64,000 nt of DNA from positions 1 to 64,000 of the forward strand of contig NW_018479907.1 of the NCBI RefSeq assembly GCF_002113885.1. Reading direction: 5' to 3'. Positions 13,095-25,063 of this stretch are shown one piece after another. The notes beneath the pieces are model-generated. The model was not told the DNA's origin and searched no databases. It was given only the letters and a program-made list of their open reading frames with translations. The DNA comes from Mizuhopecten yessoensis (lineage: Eukaryota). The first letter of the stretch is position 1; each line of letters begins with the position of its first letter. Made by a program: the position numbers and the translations under genes.

Positions 13095-14160
13095 CTATCG
13101 TAGACCAAGGCCAAGTACAGGAAATCATAGTCCAGGCCGACGCACTGGGTATCACGGAACATGACGATGTTCTTGGTAAAACAGTAAAAGGCGACGTATT
13201 AGGTATCACAGTAAATGGCGACGTATTGGTTATCAAAGTACAGAGCGACGTACTGGGAATCATAGAACATGGCAACATGCTGGGTTCCACAGTACAGGTC
13301 GAGGTACTGGTATCACAGTATATGGTGATGTGCTAGGTATCACGGTACAGGTCGACGCACTTGTACTCAGAGTACAGGGCGACGTACCGGATATCAGAGT
13401 ACAGGGCGACGTTCTTGGTACATGTGTATCACAGTATATGGTGACATACTGGGCATCACAGTATAGGACGACGTATTTGGTATCATAATATATGGTGACA
13501 TACTGTGTTTCACAGGAGAGGGTGACGTACTTGGTATATTACAGGTCGACGTTATGGGTATCACAGTATATGGTGACATACTGGGTATCACATAGCAGGG
13601 TGACGTACGGGTTATCACATTAAAGGGCGACACACTCGGAATCGCAGTACAAGGTGACATTCTGGGTATCAAGTTACATGGGAACGCGAACTGCTGATTT
13701 CAATACAGGGCGACAAACGGGTACCATATGACAGGGCGACATACTGGGACTGGGTTTTACAGTACAGAGAGACGTCCTAGGTATCATAGTTCGGGTTGAC
13801 TTCCTGGATATCACAGTACATGCCGATGTAATGCATATCACGGTACAGGGCGACCCATTACTTGGGACGCACTAGGTATCACGTCAAAGGGCGACGTGCT
13901 GGGTAACACAATTGATGGTGATGTACTGGTTATTACAGTACATGGCGACGTACAAGGTATCACAGAACATTACACGTACTGGGTATCACAGTACAGGGTA
14001 AAGTCATAGGTATCACATCGCTTGGGATGTGCTAGATATCACATTACAGGGTGACGTGCTTGGGAGCACAGTCCATTGTGACGTACTGGGTAGCACAGTA
14101 CAGGCAGACGTACTGGGTATTGCAGTGCAGTGTGACGACATGATTTCAAAGTACAGAGCA
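13095..14160 (+). repeat. 27-bp satellite array
   Basis: Degenerate units of GTACTGGGTATCACAGTACAGGGCGAC; it produces the 9-aa periodic ORFs (TSPCTVIPS). Confidence 0.92.
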
Positions 14161-14180
14161 GTAGGAGGATAATACCGGTA

Positions 14181-14250
14181 TCAGATCCTCCCAGATCCTA
14201 CCAGATCCTCCCTGTGCAAAGGGAATGCCTGAAATGCATAGGGAGGATCT
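14181..14250. repeat. 10-bp triple repeat plus 16-bp-stem hairpin
   Basis: (CCAGATCCTC)-like unit x3. AGATCCTCCCTGTGCA (14203-14218) pairs with TGCATAGGGAGGATCT (14235-14250) at 15/16 positions around a 16-nt loop. Confidence 0.8.
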
Positions 14251-14408
14251 TGGAAAGTATGTTTCAGGTTAAAAGGTAATTATAGCTACACGAGTCCGTT
14301 CTTAAAATAAACAAGTCACAACAGGTAATATTTTTGCAAGACCAAACATGTCCACGGTGAGGGCGACAGTGTGTATATATACCAGGCAGACATGTAAAGT
14401 CACCCCTA

Positions 14409-14643
14409 ATAGCTCAAGAGATCATCAATCAGATAGTCACGGATGACCTCACACTGACAAGTATATCACACAGTAGACTGTCGTATCGGAATTACGCAAG
14501 AAATCATCGTGAAAAAAGTCAAAGATAAGCTGAAGATATGTTTCAAAGAAGACGGGAAGAGTATACAATTAACTGGAGACTATTTTAAAAAGATACTGTT
14601 TCTATCGGAAAGTTTACAGTGTAAATGCGATTTTATACATTGA
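14409..14643 (+). pseudogene. Small uncharacterised virus-like ORF (relic), homologous to 29174..29428
   Basis: Reads (I)AQEIINQIVTDDLTL / frameshift / TVDCRIGITQEIIVKKVKDKLKICFKEDGKSIQLTGDYFKKILFLSESLQCKCDFIH*. TATATATA lies at about 14374. Confidence 0.7.
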
Positions 14644-14644
14644 C

Positions 14645-14949
14645 ATGTCAGGTATTACAACAGATTGTATCCGTCATACTTCATATCACATACGACCAGT
14701 ACATCAGTCTATGATGAAATGTTAGGATCGATTACAAACATTCCAAAACTGGCCAAAACAAATACATCAGGTTCCAAACGAACTCGCCCGTAACGGATTG
14801 TCTATTCAGGACATAGCGAAAAAGTCACCTGTTTCATGTGTGGAGAACATTTAGGCTCCTGGACATCCCACGATTCCGTGGAAATCGAGCATAAAAAGTG
14901 GTCGACAGATTTTGTGTATTTACAAATGGTCACACCCCTATACCTCTAA
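14645..14949 (+). pseudogene. Single-BIR (IAP-like) gene relic
   Basis: RLQTFQNWP...ELARNG / frameshift / YSGHSEKVTCFMCGEHLGSWTSHDSVEIEHKKWSTDFVYL is a BIR motif. It has one internal TAG and a 1-nt frameshift, and the last Cys reads Phe. Confidence 0.85.
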
Positions 14950-14976
14950 GGTTACATATTATCATACTAGTTGATA

Positions 14977-15264
14977 ATGGAAATATTTGAGGAGAGACTT
15001 TATTCCTACATGAGAAATCGTATCAAGGAAAACGCTTATAAGAGGATTGTGAAAAACTTGTTATGTTTAGCTTACGCAATGAGCGTGAAAGACGTCATAT
15101 CGAAATTGTTTGTATATGCAGGATGTGCAGAGGGTCAAGCTAACCAGCAAGGACATGTCTGTGTCATGCTTAATAGTGAAGACATAGTAAATGGATATTT
15201 CGAAGAAGCCCTGTCAACCGTCAACCATTTAGAAGATGTAGGTGTGCACAGTATCTCCTATTGA
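14977..15264 (+). CDS. Small Cys/His ORF, probable Maverick/adintovirus accessory gene fragment
   Basis: Intronless ORF starting 27 nt after the BIR stop. The motif GCAEGQANQQGHVCVM..EDIVNGYFEEAL resembles small Maverick-associated ORFs (recalled, not verified). Confidence 0.4.
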   Translation: MEIFEERLYSYMRNRIKENAYKRIVKNLLCLAYAMSVKDVISKLFVYAGCAEGQANQQGHVCVMLNSEDIVNGYFEEALSTVNHLEDVGVHSISY

Positions 15265-15464
15265 GTTTGTATGTATGCATTACACATGGTAATACATATA
15301 AATTATATCAATGAGTAAACCATAGGATTCTTTAATTAAATCAATTTAATTCAAATGTTTCTGAGGAAGATTAGTCTAGCTCCAGTGTGATGACAGGGTA
15401 TAAAATTGGGAATTGAATGTAAACTGTTTTGCTATTAATTTGAAGCTGATGCCAGGGCCAGAGT

Positions 15465-17545
15465 ATGACAAGGTGCAGAGTCCCACGTCAACAGAGGGAA
15501 GAGCAGACTCAGATGGTACAGGAGAGTCAGTTAGAACAGGTGGAGCAGCAGGCTCAGACAGTCAAAGTTGAGGTTCAATCCCAGGCAGATCAATCCTTTA
15601 TAGACATTGTCGAAACTATGATTGAAAAATCACACCCACGGAAATGGAACAAATTCAGAATACCCACGGTATGAACATGGGTAACAAAAGTAACACCTGT
15701 AGTGTAAGTGTAAGTCATCTCAGGCATGAAGGGCAAGTGCTCAGTTATACTGAAGGTTTAGAGGCAGGAGTAGATGGGGCAGTGAAAGCCAAAGCAAGTA
15801 AAGGTGAATATTTGGAGTTGGGTGAGCTGCTTAAAAAACCTGGGGTTCCCCATAATGAGGATAAGCAGGTATGTACAAATGATTGGGCACTTGTGTTGAG
15901 GGAGAAAACGAAAAAGGTTAAAATTACAGATCTGGACATGTGAAATACCTAGCTTTCTATGTATTGGCCAATCCCCAGAAAACACAGGAAATTGTGAAGT
16001 ATATGCATTTTGTGCGTTTGGGTGGAAAAAGAGTGAGTGATTTATCATGGTTTGAATATGATATTCAGCTCAGGATAAAAAAACCCAGTAAATCCTAGTG
16101 TTGTTACGGGTATAGTGGACCAGGTCTTATGGTTAATGTACATGTATGCAGGAACTAGGGTTCAACAAACATGATTTAACACACAGAGAATGGTTACATA
16201 CATTTGGTCCCAATTGTTATGAGTACAACAACACTGGGAATAGTAGAAAGCCGAGCTGTAAATTTGGGCATATTTGCATTACGTATTTGAGTAATCATTT
16301 AAAGAGCAGGTGCAACTGAGTGTCATAATTTGAAAATTAATAGAGGGAAATGGAAATGGAAATGGGCCATGAAACTGGTGTTGAAATAGGTTGTGTTAGA
16401 GAGGATGGCTTGTCCATTTGTTATACCTCCAATGGCCTTAAGGCTTTGCCCAGAAGGTTAATGTCCCAAAAAGGATGGATGTATGCGTCTGATTCAGCAT
16501 TTGCCATATCCATGTAAGACTAACGTTGATGATTATGTTGCAGATGAATTTTGTACAGTTCATTATACTTCATTTGATAACATTCTTAAGAGTATTGCAA
16601 AGATAGTTGAAGGGTGCCTTGTATGAAAAGATGGATAGTAAATCAGCCATCCGTCTTCCTCCCATTCAGCAATCTGATTTTCACTTGTAGGGTTTAAGAA
16701 TAGCGGTTGCGTCATTCTAGTATAAGACATTACCTGTGAGGTGCTTTTTATCCTGTACTCTGTTTGAAAACACATCTACTGAACTTCAGTGTACAAATAC
16801 AAATCAAACTGGTATGGAGTCAGTGGATCACTATCTAGAAGTACAAATGACTGTTTATTTCTCATACCAGCATTTCAGTAAATTTGTAAGGTTCTTGGTG
16901 TACCCCTTGCAGATGAAAAAAACCAGTTTGGCCTACAACAGTGTTATACTTATCTTTATATCAATTGGTACTGATAGCATGGTAGTTAGAATCCCTCGTG
17001 GTAAACTGTGTGATTTGAAGGAAAAATCATTGGCGGGAAAAATGTTTTTTTTTTGTATGCAAGAGCCATTCCGTCTGCGAGGGCTTTAATTACCGTTTGT
17101 ATGATGTCATGACTGGGATTAAGAAGTGATTTTATCTAATTCGGGTAACTCAGGAAATAAGGGAAGACTAAAATGTGTGGTTAATATTTTTAGATTTGTT
17201 TAATGGTCAGTGTCGTTTTGGTGAAGTTGACTGGAAAGAATCCCCTGATTTATTTTTGTATACAAACAGTACAGGTACGAACGGTTCAAAAGGGAAAGCA
17301 GCCTACCTTCAACCTCACTGGACATTTCTTCAATGGCCAAAATCATGGATATCACATTTTTAGAGGTAGTACCCATAGTTTAAGCGTTGTATTTATAGGC
17401 TGGAGTATTGCAAAACAAGAGAATAGTGTTTGTTTACAGACAGTGCTGCCTTAGTGTCGATACTAAATAAAAAGAAATCCAAATCTCAACGAATCATGTG
17501 TTTAGTCTTGCATGCAATGCTACATAATATCAAGTTTAAGGTATA
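15465..17545 (+). mobile_element. Degenerate DIRS/Ngaro-type retroelement (gag, RT, RNase H; no YR seen)
   Basis: Gag-like KGEYLELGELLK, WFEYDIQLR and CYEYNN..SCKFGHIC; RT motifs PKKDGCMRLIQHLPYP, KMDSKSAIRL, VDHYLE and LGVPLADEK; RNase H LFLYTNSTG, LEVVPIV and VSILNKKKSKS. Many stops and frameshifts; it ends at the 48-bp satellite. Confidence 0.85.
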
Positions 17546-17547
17546 TA

Positions 17548-20500
17548 TCTGTCGTCTGTCTTTACGGTACATACACATTGGACTGCCTATATAGGTCAGT
17601 CGTCTGTCTGTACGGTACATACATCTTGTACTGACTATACAGTATATATCGATTGTCTGTCGGTACGGTACATACGCCGTGTACTGACCTCAGAGTTCGC
17701 TCGTCTGTCATTACGGTACATACACCGTGTACTGACTACGGAGATCGGTCGTCTGTTTTTACGATACATTCACCTTGTAACCGCTATACATGTCGGTCAT
17801 CTTTCTATCTTTAACAAGATAATGGAATATTTCCATGATAAAACTAGACATAAAGTATATAATATAATAGGTAGTTTTACCACTTTAATAATTTGGAAAC
17901 AGACTTTGACCAAATTGAAAATGGATATGTATGCTTGGATAGACTAGGTATTTAAGAAATGTGTGCTAGAGGAGACTAAATCAATACAAACATGGACGTC
18001 TTGTTACTGACTACAGATGTCGGTTGTCTGTCGGTCCGGTACATACACTTTGTAATGTGTTTATAGATATTTCGTCTGTCTCTATGGTACGTACACATTC
18101 TTTTTAATTACATAGATCGGTACGTACACAATACTCTGATTATATAGATCGGTCGTCTGTCTATACAGTATATACACCTTGTACTGACTACAGATGCATG
18201 ACGTCTGACTGTACAGTACATACATCTTGTGCTGATTACGGATGTCGATCGTCTGCTTGTAAGCTACGTACACATTGTACTGACAATATAGATCGATCGT
18301 CTGTCTGCACGGTACATACATATTTTACTGATTATATAGATAGGTCGTTGGTATGTACGGTACGTACACATTGTACTGATTATATAGATCGTCTGTCTAT
18401 ACGGTACACACACCTTGTACTGGCTATACAGATCGGTCGTCTGATTATACGGTACATACACCGAGTTCTCATTACGGAGGTCGGACGTCTGTATGTACGA
18501 TACATACACCCTGTACTTACTATGTCTGTAAGGTACACTCATGTTTACTGACTACGGCGATCGGTCGTCAGTATCTACGATTCCTAATCTTGTACTGAGT
18601 ATGATGATCGATCGTCTGTCTGTACGGTATATACATATGCTACTGATTATATATATAAATCGTCGGTATGTATGGTACGTACATATTGTACTGATTATAT
18701 ATATTGATCGTCTGTCTGTACGGTACGTACACATTACTCTGAATATACAAATCGGTCGTCTGTCTATACGGTGCATACACCTTGTACTGGCTATATATAT
18801 CGGTCGTCTGACTGTACGGTACATACGCCTTGTACTGATTACGGAGGTCTGTCGTCTGATTATACGGTACCTACACCAAGTTCTGATTACGGAGGTCGGA
18901 CGTCTGCCTGTACAGTTCATACAGCTTGTACTAACAACAGATGTCTGATTTATGACTGTACGGTACATACACCTTGTACTAACAACAGAGGTCTAATTTA
19001 TGACTGTACGGTGCATACATATGTTACTGATTTTATGTAGAAGTCGTCGATATGTACGGTACGTACATATTGTACTGATTACATATATCGATCGTCTGTC
19101 TTTCCGATACATTCACCGTGTACTGCTATACATGTCGGTCATCTGTCTATCTTTACAAAGATAATGGAATATTTTCCTGATTAAAGTAGACATAAATTCT
19201 AACTTATAACAGGTATTTTACCTCCTTAATCATTTTGAAACAGACTATAACCAAACTGTTTAAGGTGTGAAAACATATATGTATGCTTGATTTAACTAGG
19301 TTTTTAAGAAATGCGTGCTAGGCGAGACTAAACCAATACATACACAAACGTCTTGTTACTGACTACGTACAGCAGACATCTGTCTGCACGGTACATTCAA
19401 AGTGCACTGAATTCGGAGGTCGGTCGTCTGTCTGTTCGGCACATTCACCTTGTTCTGACATCGTCTGTCAGTACGGTACATATACCTTATACTGATTATA
19501 CATATCGATTGTCTGTCTGTACGGTACATTCACATTGGTCTGACTGTAGAGGTCGGATGCATGTATACCGGTAGATACACCTTGTAACTAATTATATAGA
19601 TCGGTCGTCTGTCTGTACGCCCCATAGTCCTTGCATTGGATACGGAGGTTGGTCATCTGTCTGCACGGTACATATACCTTGTACTGATTATACAGACCAG
19701 TTGTCTGACTGTACGGTACATACACCGTGTATTGCTTTTGGAGGTCGGATGTATGTCTGTACGGTGCATACACCTGCACTGACTACAGAGGTTGGACGTC
19801 TGTCGGTACGGTATATACGCATTGTAATGAATATATAGATCGGTCGTCTGCTTTTCTGTACATACACAATGTACTGACTATAAAGATTGGTCGTCTGTCT
19901 ATAATACACATACATACTGTTCTAACTATAGATGTGGCTTTTCTGTCTGTACGGTACATATATCTTGTACTGATTACGGAGGTCTGACGTCTGTCTGTAC
20001 GTTACATAACCTTGCACTTATTACGGAGGTCGGTCGTCTGTCTGTACGGTACATACACATTGCACTGACTACAGAGGTAGGACGTCTGTATGTACGGTAC
20101 ATACACCTCGACTGACTAAGGAGGTCGGTCGTCTGTATGTAAGGTACGTACGCACTGTACTGGCTATATAGATCGATCGTTTGTCTGTACGGTACATACA
20201 TCTTGTACGAATTAGATAAATTGGTCGTCTGTATGTACGGTACATACACCTCGTACTGACTCTGTAGGTCGATCCTCTGTCATTACGACACATACACCTT
20301 GTACTTACTTTATAGGTCAGTCATCTGTCTGTACGATACGTACACCTTACACTGTCTATATGGATTGGTAGTGTGTATGTACGGTACGTACACCTTGTAC
20401 TTACTTTAGAGGTCAGTCGTCCATCTGTACTGTATATACACCTTGTAATGACTATATAGATCGGTCGTCTGTATATGAGACACATAATCCTTGTACTGAA

Positions 20501-20636
20501 CTCAGAGTTCGCTCGTCTGTCTATACGACACATACACAAGGTTTTGACTATAGAGGTCAATCGTCTGTCTGAACGGTACATATACCTTGTACTAATTTTA
20601 TAGATTAAGTGTCTGTCTGTACGGTACATACACATT
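17548..20636. repeat. 48-bp satellite, main array (about 3.1 kb) with a duplicated non-satellite insert
   Basis: Tandem degenerate 48-mers. A non-satellite block of about 190 bp recurs at about 17810-18000 and 19140-19350. Confidence 0.95.
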
Positions 20637-21073
20637 TCCCTGACCCAGACAATGAATTTGGACGATATCTAACAGTTTAAATAAGTTTTTTTCTCTATAA
20701 CAAGATCAGTTTTGACGAGATTTTACTGTTGAAAACTCTTTTTATTGGTTAGTTTATTAAACTACAAACAATTCTGTGTTTGCTTGCTTTATTTGAACAT
20801 TTATTCCAACACCGTTAAAGAATAGACTCTACACCGATTATAATGATTTCAACAGACCAATGTTTGTATTGGATAGGCAACTTGTTATTTATACTGATAA
20901 TACAACAAAGCATATGCAAACATTAGATAACAATGTTTGCATGTGTAACTAAAAATGATATTTAATATTGAAAAAAATAGTTGTATAAAGCATAGTGCAC
21001 AAAATCGTTTTTGATATGTTTGTCTACTAATTGTCCACTATGCTTATCATTGTAAATGTCCGTTTAAAAATTG

Positions 21074-21079
21074 TTTATT
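21074..21079 (-). terminator. Candidate poly(A) signal AATAAA of copy 3
   Basis: About 65 nt after the stop. The same spacing occurs at 7845, 44390, 53091, 58083 and 63369; in copy 4 it reads AATGCA. Confidence 0.55.
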
Positions 21080-21143
21080 TGAAAATAAGGGTAAACAAAC
21101 CACTAAAACTACCAGTTTTCACAGATGTCCATTCCCATACCCT

Positions 21144-23126
21144 TTACAGTAACTGAAAGAGACGGATATAGTTCCTCTCCTCGTGTGTACTACTAGTATT
21201 AGTTACTACAAATGTGTCACCACAAACAGCTATGGCTGTTGGATTGTCCATTCCATCTGATGACTTCAGCAGCTCTCTGACGTGTGTTCCGTCCACAGAC
21301 ATCTGTACGACGTTGTGTGATCCCCCACCACACACATAGATGTTACCCTCTCTGCCAACGTCTATCCCTCTAGCTTCCCTCACGACGCCGACTTTCGCCA
21401 CATCCGTACAACGTTTGTCAGCCGACAGTCTAGATAGCGCGAGGTCCCCCGGGATGGTGTTACTGACACTGACAAGTGTGTCTCCCTTTTTGATATCATG
21501 AGTGAGGAACCGGCATGTGCTGTTATATTTGTATACAAACCCGGCTGCTCCGTCCTGTCTCACACTGTATACTGCTCCCCCACCTGTACCCACGACCAAC
21601 TTCCCGTCTATATTTGCTATACCATAACAGTTTTTACCATTTAACACATTGATTGAAGATGTCAGGGATAGTTTTGAGGCCTTGACTTTCATGAGGTTAA
21701 CACATCCAGGACTGCTGACAGCAACCGCTACCGTGTAGTTGTTTACCAGACACATATCCCAGGGATTTCCTCGAACGGTCACCTCGTTCAGGTACTGTCC
21801 TTTGTCTGTAAATAACTTAACCTTTTTGTTGTAGAAATCACTCACTACTACATGTGCACTCGGCATATACACAACACCATGGGCATAGCTATTATGTTTA
21901 TCTGACGGGGACTTGATGTTAAATTTTCCGATTTCTTTTACACGTCGTTCTGACATGGGGTTTACTAAATCGCTATGGCAACCAGGAATGCATCGTGTTT
22001 GTTTCCCGACGACGATCTTTCCCATCGCGTTATCTCCAATGATATCATGTTCGAGGACAATGTGATGCTCGATGCTGACGAATGTAAATGACTTGTTTAT
22101 CTCCGTGACAAGGCTCTTACACGACTCCACTTCTGCCTGTCCTCTCTGATACAACACTATCATCTCAATGTTGTTGTTTTCCTCTACGGCTTTAATGGAC
22201 GATTTCAGGGTATTTTTCATTCCGTTCATCAGACGCTCGCACTGCCGTGATGATGCCTCCATGTCTCTTCTCTCTTTTTTGAACAATGTAATCAAATCGT
22301 CGGTGATGTCCTTCTGGAGTTTGTCAAGTCGTTTATCGACCTTTTCACGCAGGTCGGAGATGCTCTGCAGTGCGATTTCCTGGTTCTGTATCATGGTTTG
22401 GAGCTGTTGATCAAAGTCCTTCACTAATGAGTTCATACTCTCTGTTCCTTTCTTTAACGCCGCCTGCATGTCTTCTAGCTGCGATCCTGCTTTTACCTTC
22501 TGACAATATTCCGTCACCTTTGGTACTTTTACACAACTCCAATGGTCTTCGATCACGCATTCGTTGCAGCACAGAATTTGGTGATCCTCACAATACCGAA
22601 CCATTTTTTCGCCGTGTTGATAACACCGAGGGGCAGACGTTTCTTTATTTTGTCGTTTGCTGTTGTTCCCGGTGACATTAAGTATATCACAATCATTATG
22701 TATGATATCGTGAAGGTGAACCTTACACGTGTCACAAAAGTTCTCGTTCATCGTCTTGCACCAAAAACTGGCTGGGTTGTTCAGGTTACCTTTTGTCTGG
22801 CAGGGTTTGCAGTACAATGGTTCAGACGAACGTTCCTTTAGCTGGAGAAGTTCGTTTATCACAGTATTAGTCGGAAAATGTTTTGCCCATTTATCCTTTG
22901 TTTTAGTCTGATTAACCGGATGGGTCATCCTTCTACAAACTGGACAAGAAAATGATGTTGCCGACGCCATCTGCCCGGACATTTCCTTGGTGATACAAGT
23001 TCCTAGGCAATCCTGACAGAAGGAGTGGAGACAGGGTAAGGACTTGGGTTGTTGAAGTCGCTCAAGGCAGATTGGACATTCCAGTAGCTGTAAGTCAAGT
23101 TCCGCAGGGAGACCGCCTTCAGCCAT
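21144..23126 (-). CDS. TRIM RING-Bbox1-Bbox2-coiled-coil-NHL E3 ubiquitin ligase, copy 3 (660 aa, intact; TRIM2/3/56/71-type architecture)
   Basis: RING CPIC..LPCLHSFCQDC..CPVCR; B-box1 CKPC..WCKTM..CDTC..H..H; B-box2 CYQH..YCEDH..CCNEC..H; heptad region; NHL-type blades (PWDMCLV, RGIDV..GNIYVC, PTAIAV..FVVT). Confidence 0.95.
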   Translation of the reverse strand: MAEGGLPAELDLQLLECPICLERLQQPKSLPCLHSFCQDCLGTCITKEMSGQMASATSFSCPVCRRMTHPVNQTKTKDKWAKHFPTNTVINELLQLKERSSEPLYCKPCQTKGNLNNPASFWCKTMNENFCDTCKVHLHDIIHNDCDILNVTGNNSKRQNKETSAPRCYQHGEKMVRYCEDHQILCCNECVIEDHWSCVKVPKVTEYCQKVKAGSQLEDMQAALKKGTESMNSLVKDFDQQLQTMIQNQEIALQSISDLREKVDKRLDKLQKDITDDLITLFKKERRDMEASSRQCERLMNGMKNTLKSSIKAVEENNNIEMIVLYQRGQAEVESCKSLVTEINKSFTFVSIEHHIVLEHDIIGDNAMGKIVVGKQTRCIPGCHSDLVNPMSERRVKEIGKFNIKSPSDKHNSYAHGVVYMPSAHVVVSDFYNKKVKLFTDKGQYLNEVTVRGNPWDMCLVNNYTVAVAVSSPGCVNLMKVKASKLSLTSSINVLNGKNCYGIANIDGKLVVGTGGGAVYSVRQDGAAGFVYKYNSTCRFLTHDIKKGDTLVSVSNTIPGDLALSRLSADKRCTDVAKVGVVREARGIDVGREGNIYVCGGGSHNVVQMSVDGTHVRELLKSSDGMDNPTAIAVCGDTFVVTNTSSTHEERNYIRLFQLL

Positions 23127-23155
23127 TGTGAGGATCAGAAAGCGTCAGCACAAAC

Positions 23156-24409
23156 CTAGAATAGAAAATGACTGTGATTATAATTCAATACCAATAAGAT
23201 AGGCAGCTTTAGAGAAACAGAGGCCAATTCATAACACATGGAATAGTATATACATGATTAGTTAATCAATTCCGATGCAATTTAATCATACTGAAATATT
23301 GTCCTCATAGGTTTATTGAGGTTTAGTCATATATATGTTGCCTAATGTCTAGTGTTTCTATACAAAAATGGTACCACTTTAAGGTTTTGACAAATAATTT
23401 CAGTTTTACCTCTATGAAGCCTTATCAAATAGTAGTGTTTCCCGTATGACCAATATACAGCACATTTTCCATTTTTTGTAGTGTATAATTCATTTATCGG
23501 TATTGTTTATATTTCATATCGATCACCTATACTAATTTAATTTTGCCTATCTCCACCATAATATTAATTTTGGTATATATCGTATATACCTAAAAAGAAA
23601 AACAACTGATGACGGAACTACTTTTTACACTTCAGAATGCAAAATTACAACGCAATTGTATAGTTGACGTAAAAAATAAATAAATCTTTAACTGTGCATT
23701 TACAACGTGTTTGTTTACTTTTTTAAATTAAATCCGGTTCGCGGATTTATGCAAAGTGCACAATTTGTGTTCGGTATATACCGTATATACCAAAAAATAA
23801 CCTTGGTCATTCCTTAAATAACATCGTGTTTCAGTATTTAGGTCTGAGTAAAAGCGTACCGTTTCATTTTCATTAAATAGTGATAAAATCATTTAAGCAA
23901 AGCCATACATTTGTTATCTTACACATAATTTTGTGTCTAATCACTTTAAATTTAAACAAACATTCTGAGAACTTTGGGTGTGAAATGACCCTAGGTGTTG
24001 ATAGGATATTGAACCCTGTACAACCAATCATTAACTTTTTGAGAACCGATACTATGTTAGTTAACTGTTTAAGTCATTTTGACGTAACAGAGGGGGAGTG
24101 TGTGTGTGTGTGGGGGCGGGGGGGGGATAACTCTTCTATTTCCTAGTCGCCAACAACCTATGTATACATGGATGTACATGAGAGTTTTCGTTTGATACTC
24201 GTATATACATACGTACTAAAATGTTACCATATTTACTAGCTTTTTGCTATCAATATAAACAGTTCATGTTACAAATGTTTCTAACATATTAAAGGTGTGT
24301 CTGCATTGCAGTACAGGTAAAACTGTATAATAAACAGATTATCATGTATTGTTTGTAAAATAAACATCACATGCTAAGGTATAATATCACATTTGTCCAT
24401 TACACTCAC
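23156..24409 (-). other. Predicted 5'UTR intron of copy 3
   Basis: Acceptor TTTTCTATTCTAG| and donor TTG|GTGAGT, both conserved in paralogs. Confidence 0.7.
23530..23815. mobile_element. MITE-like insertion in the copy 3 intron
   Basis: Absent from the paralogous intron of copy 6 (about 55530). Carries the inverted repeat TTTTGGTATATATCGTATATACC / GGTATATACCGTATATACCAAAA (21/23 match). Confidence 0.6.
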
Positions 24410-25063
24410 CAAGGAAACAATTATTTACACGGAAGACACAAAGTCCTCTCCCACCAGCAACCGTCTCTCACCTAACGTGGGGTACATGTATTATCCGTAA
24501 TTGATCTATTTTTAAAGCATGCCTAGCAATACTAAAACAGGTTTCAACCGGATGTGTTGCTCTGGAACATTCTATAATCTTGAGCAAAATGAAAAAAAAA
24601 AGCCTAGAGCACGATAATTATATGCATTTAACATTCATAAACCAGTTCCAACTTGATAACAACGGCCCGACATGTCGAGACATGTTCAGACGTGTGTTGG
24701 ACATGATCGTCAGCCATATTGAAAACCTAACTAAAACACATGTACTCAATATACCATTGACAGGCATAACATTAATGATACAACACATATATTATATAAA
24801 ATAAAAGTTACCTTATCCAAGTAAAATGTCTGCGGAATGAATCCATGACACATGCAGTTTTAAACCCACTGAATTTACCTTAGAACATGTATATAATCTA
24901 ATATAGGTCATGACAGTATATATACGCATGTGTACATGTGTTTACTGAAGCGATACTAAGGTACTCTATGCACATACAAGTAAAGATCTACCGGACCCTT
25001 CAGCTTGAGCAGTAATATAGTTAAACGCTAGTGTTGTTCTGTAACTTTCTTTTCAAAAAAATA

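Noticed and set aside
17548-20636. CRISPR-like array in the 48-bp and 27-bp repeats
   Set aside because: Units are contiguous, degenerate along their whole length and have no unique spacers; there are no cas genes and the context is eukaryotic.
21144-23126. Assigning a symbol such as TRIM56, TRIM2, TRIM3 or TRIM71
   Set aside because: The architecture is similar (no filamin domain seen), but this is a lineage-specific expansion and orthology needs a phylogeny.
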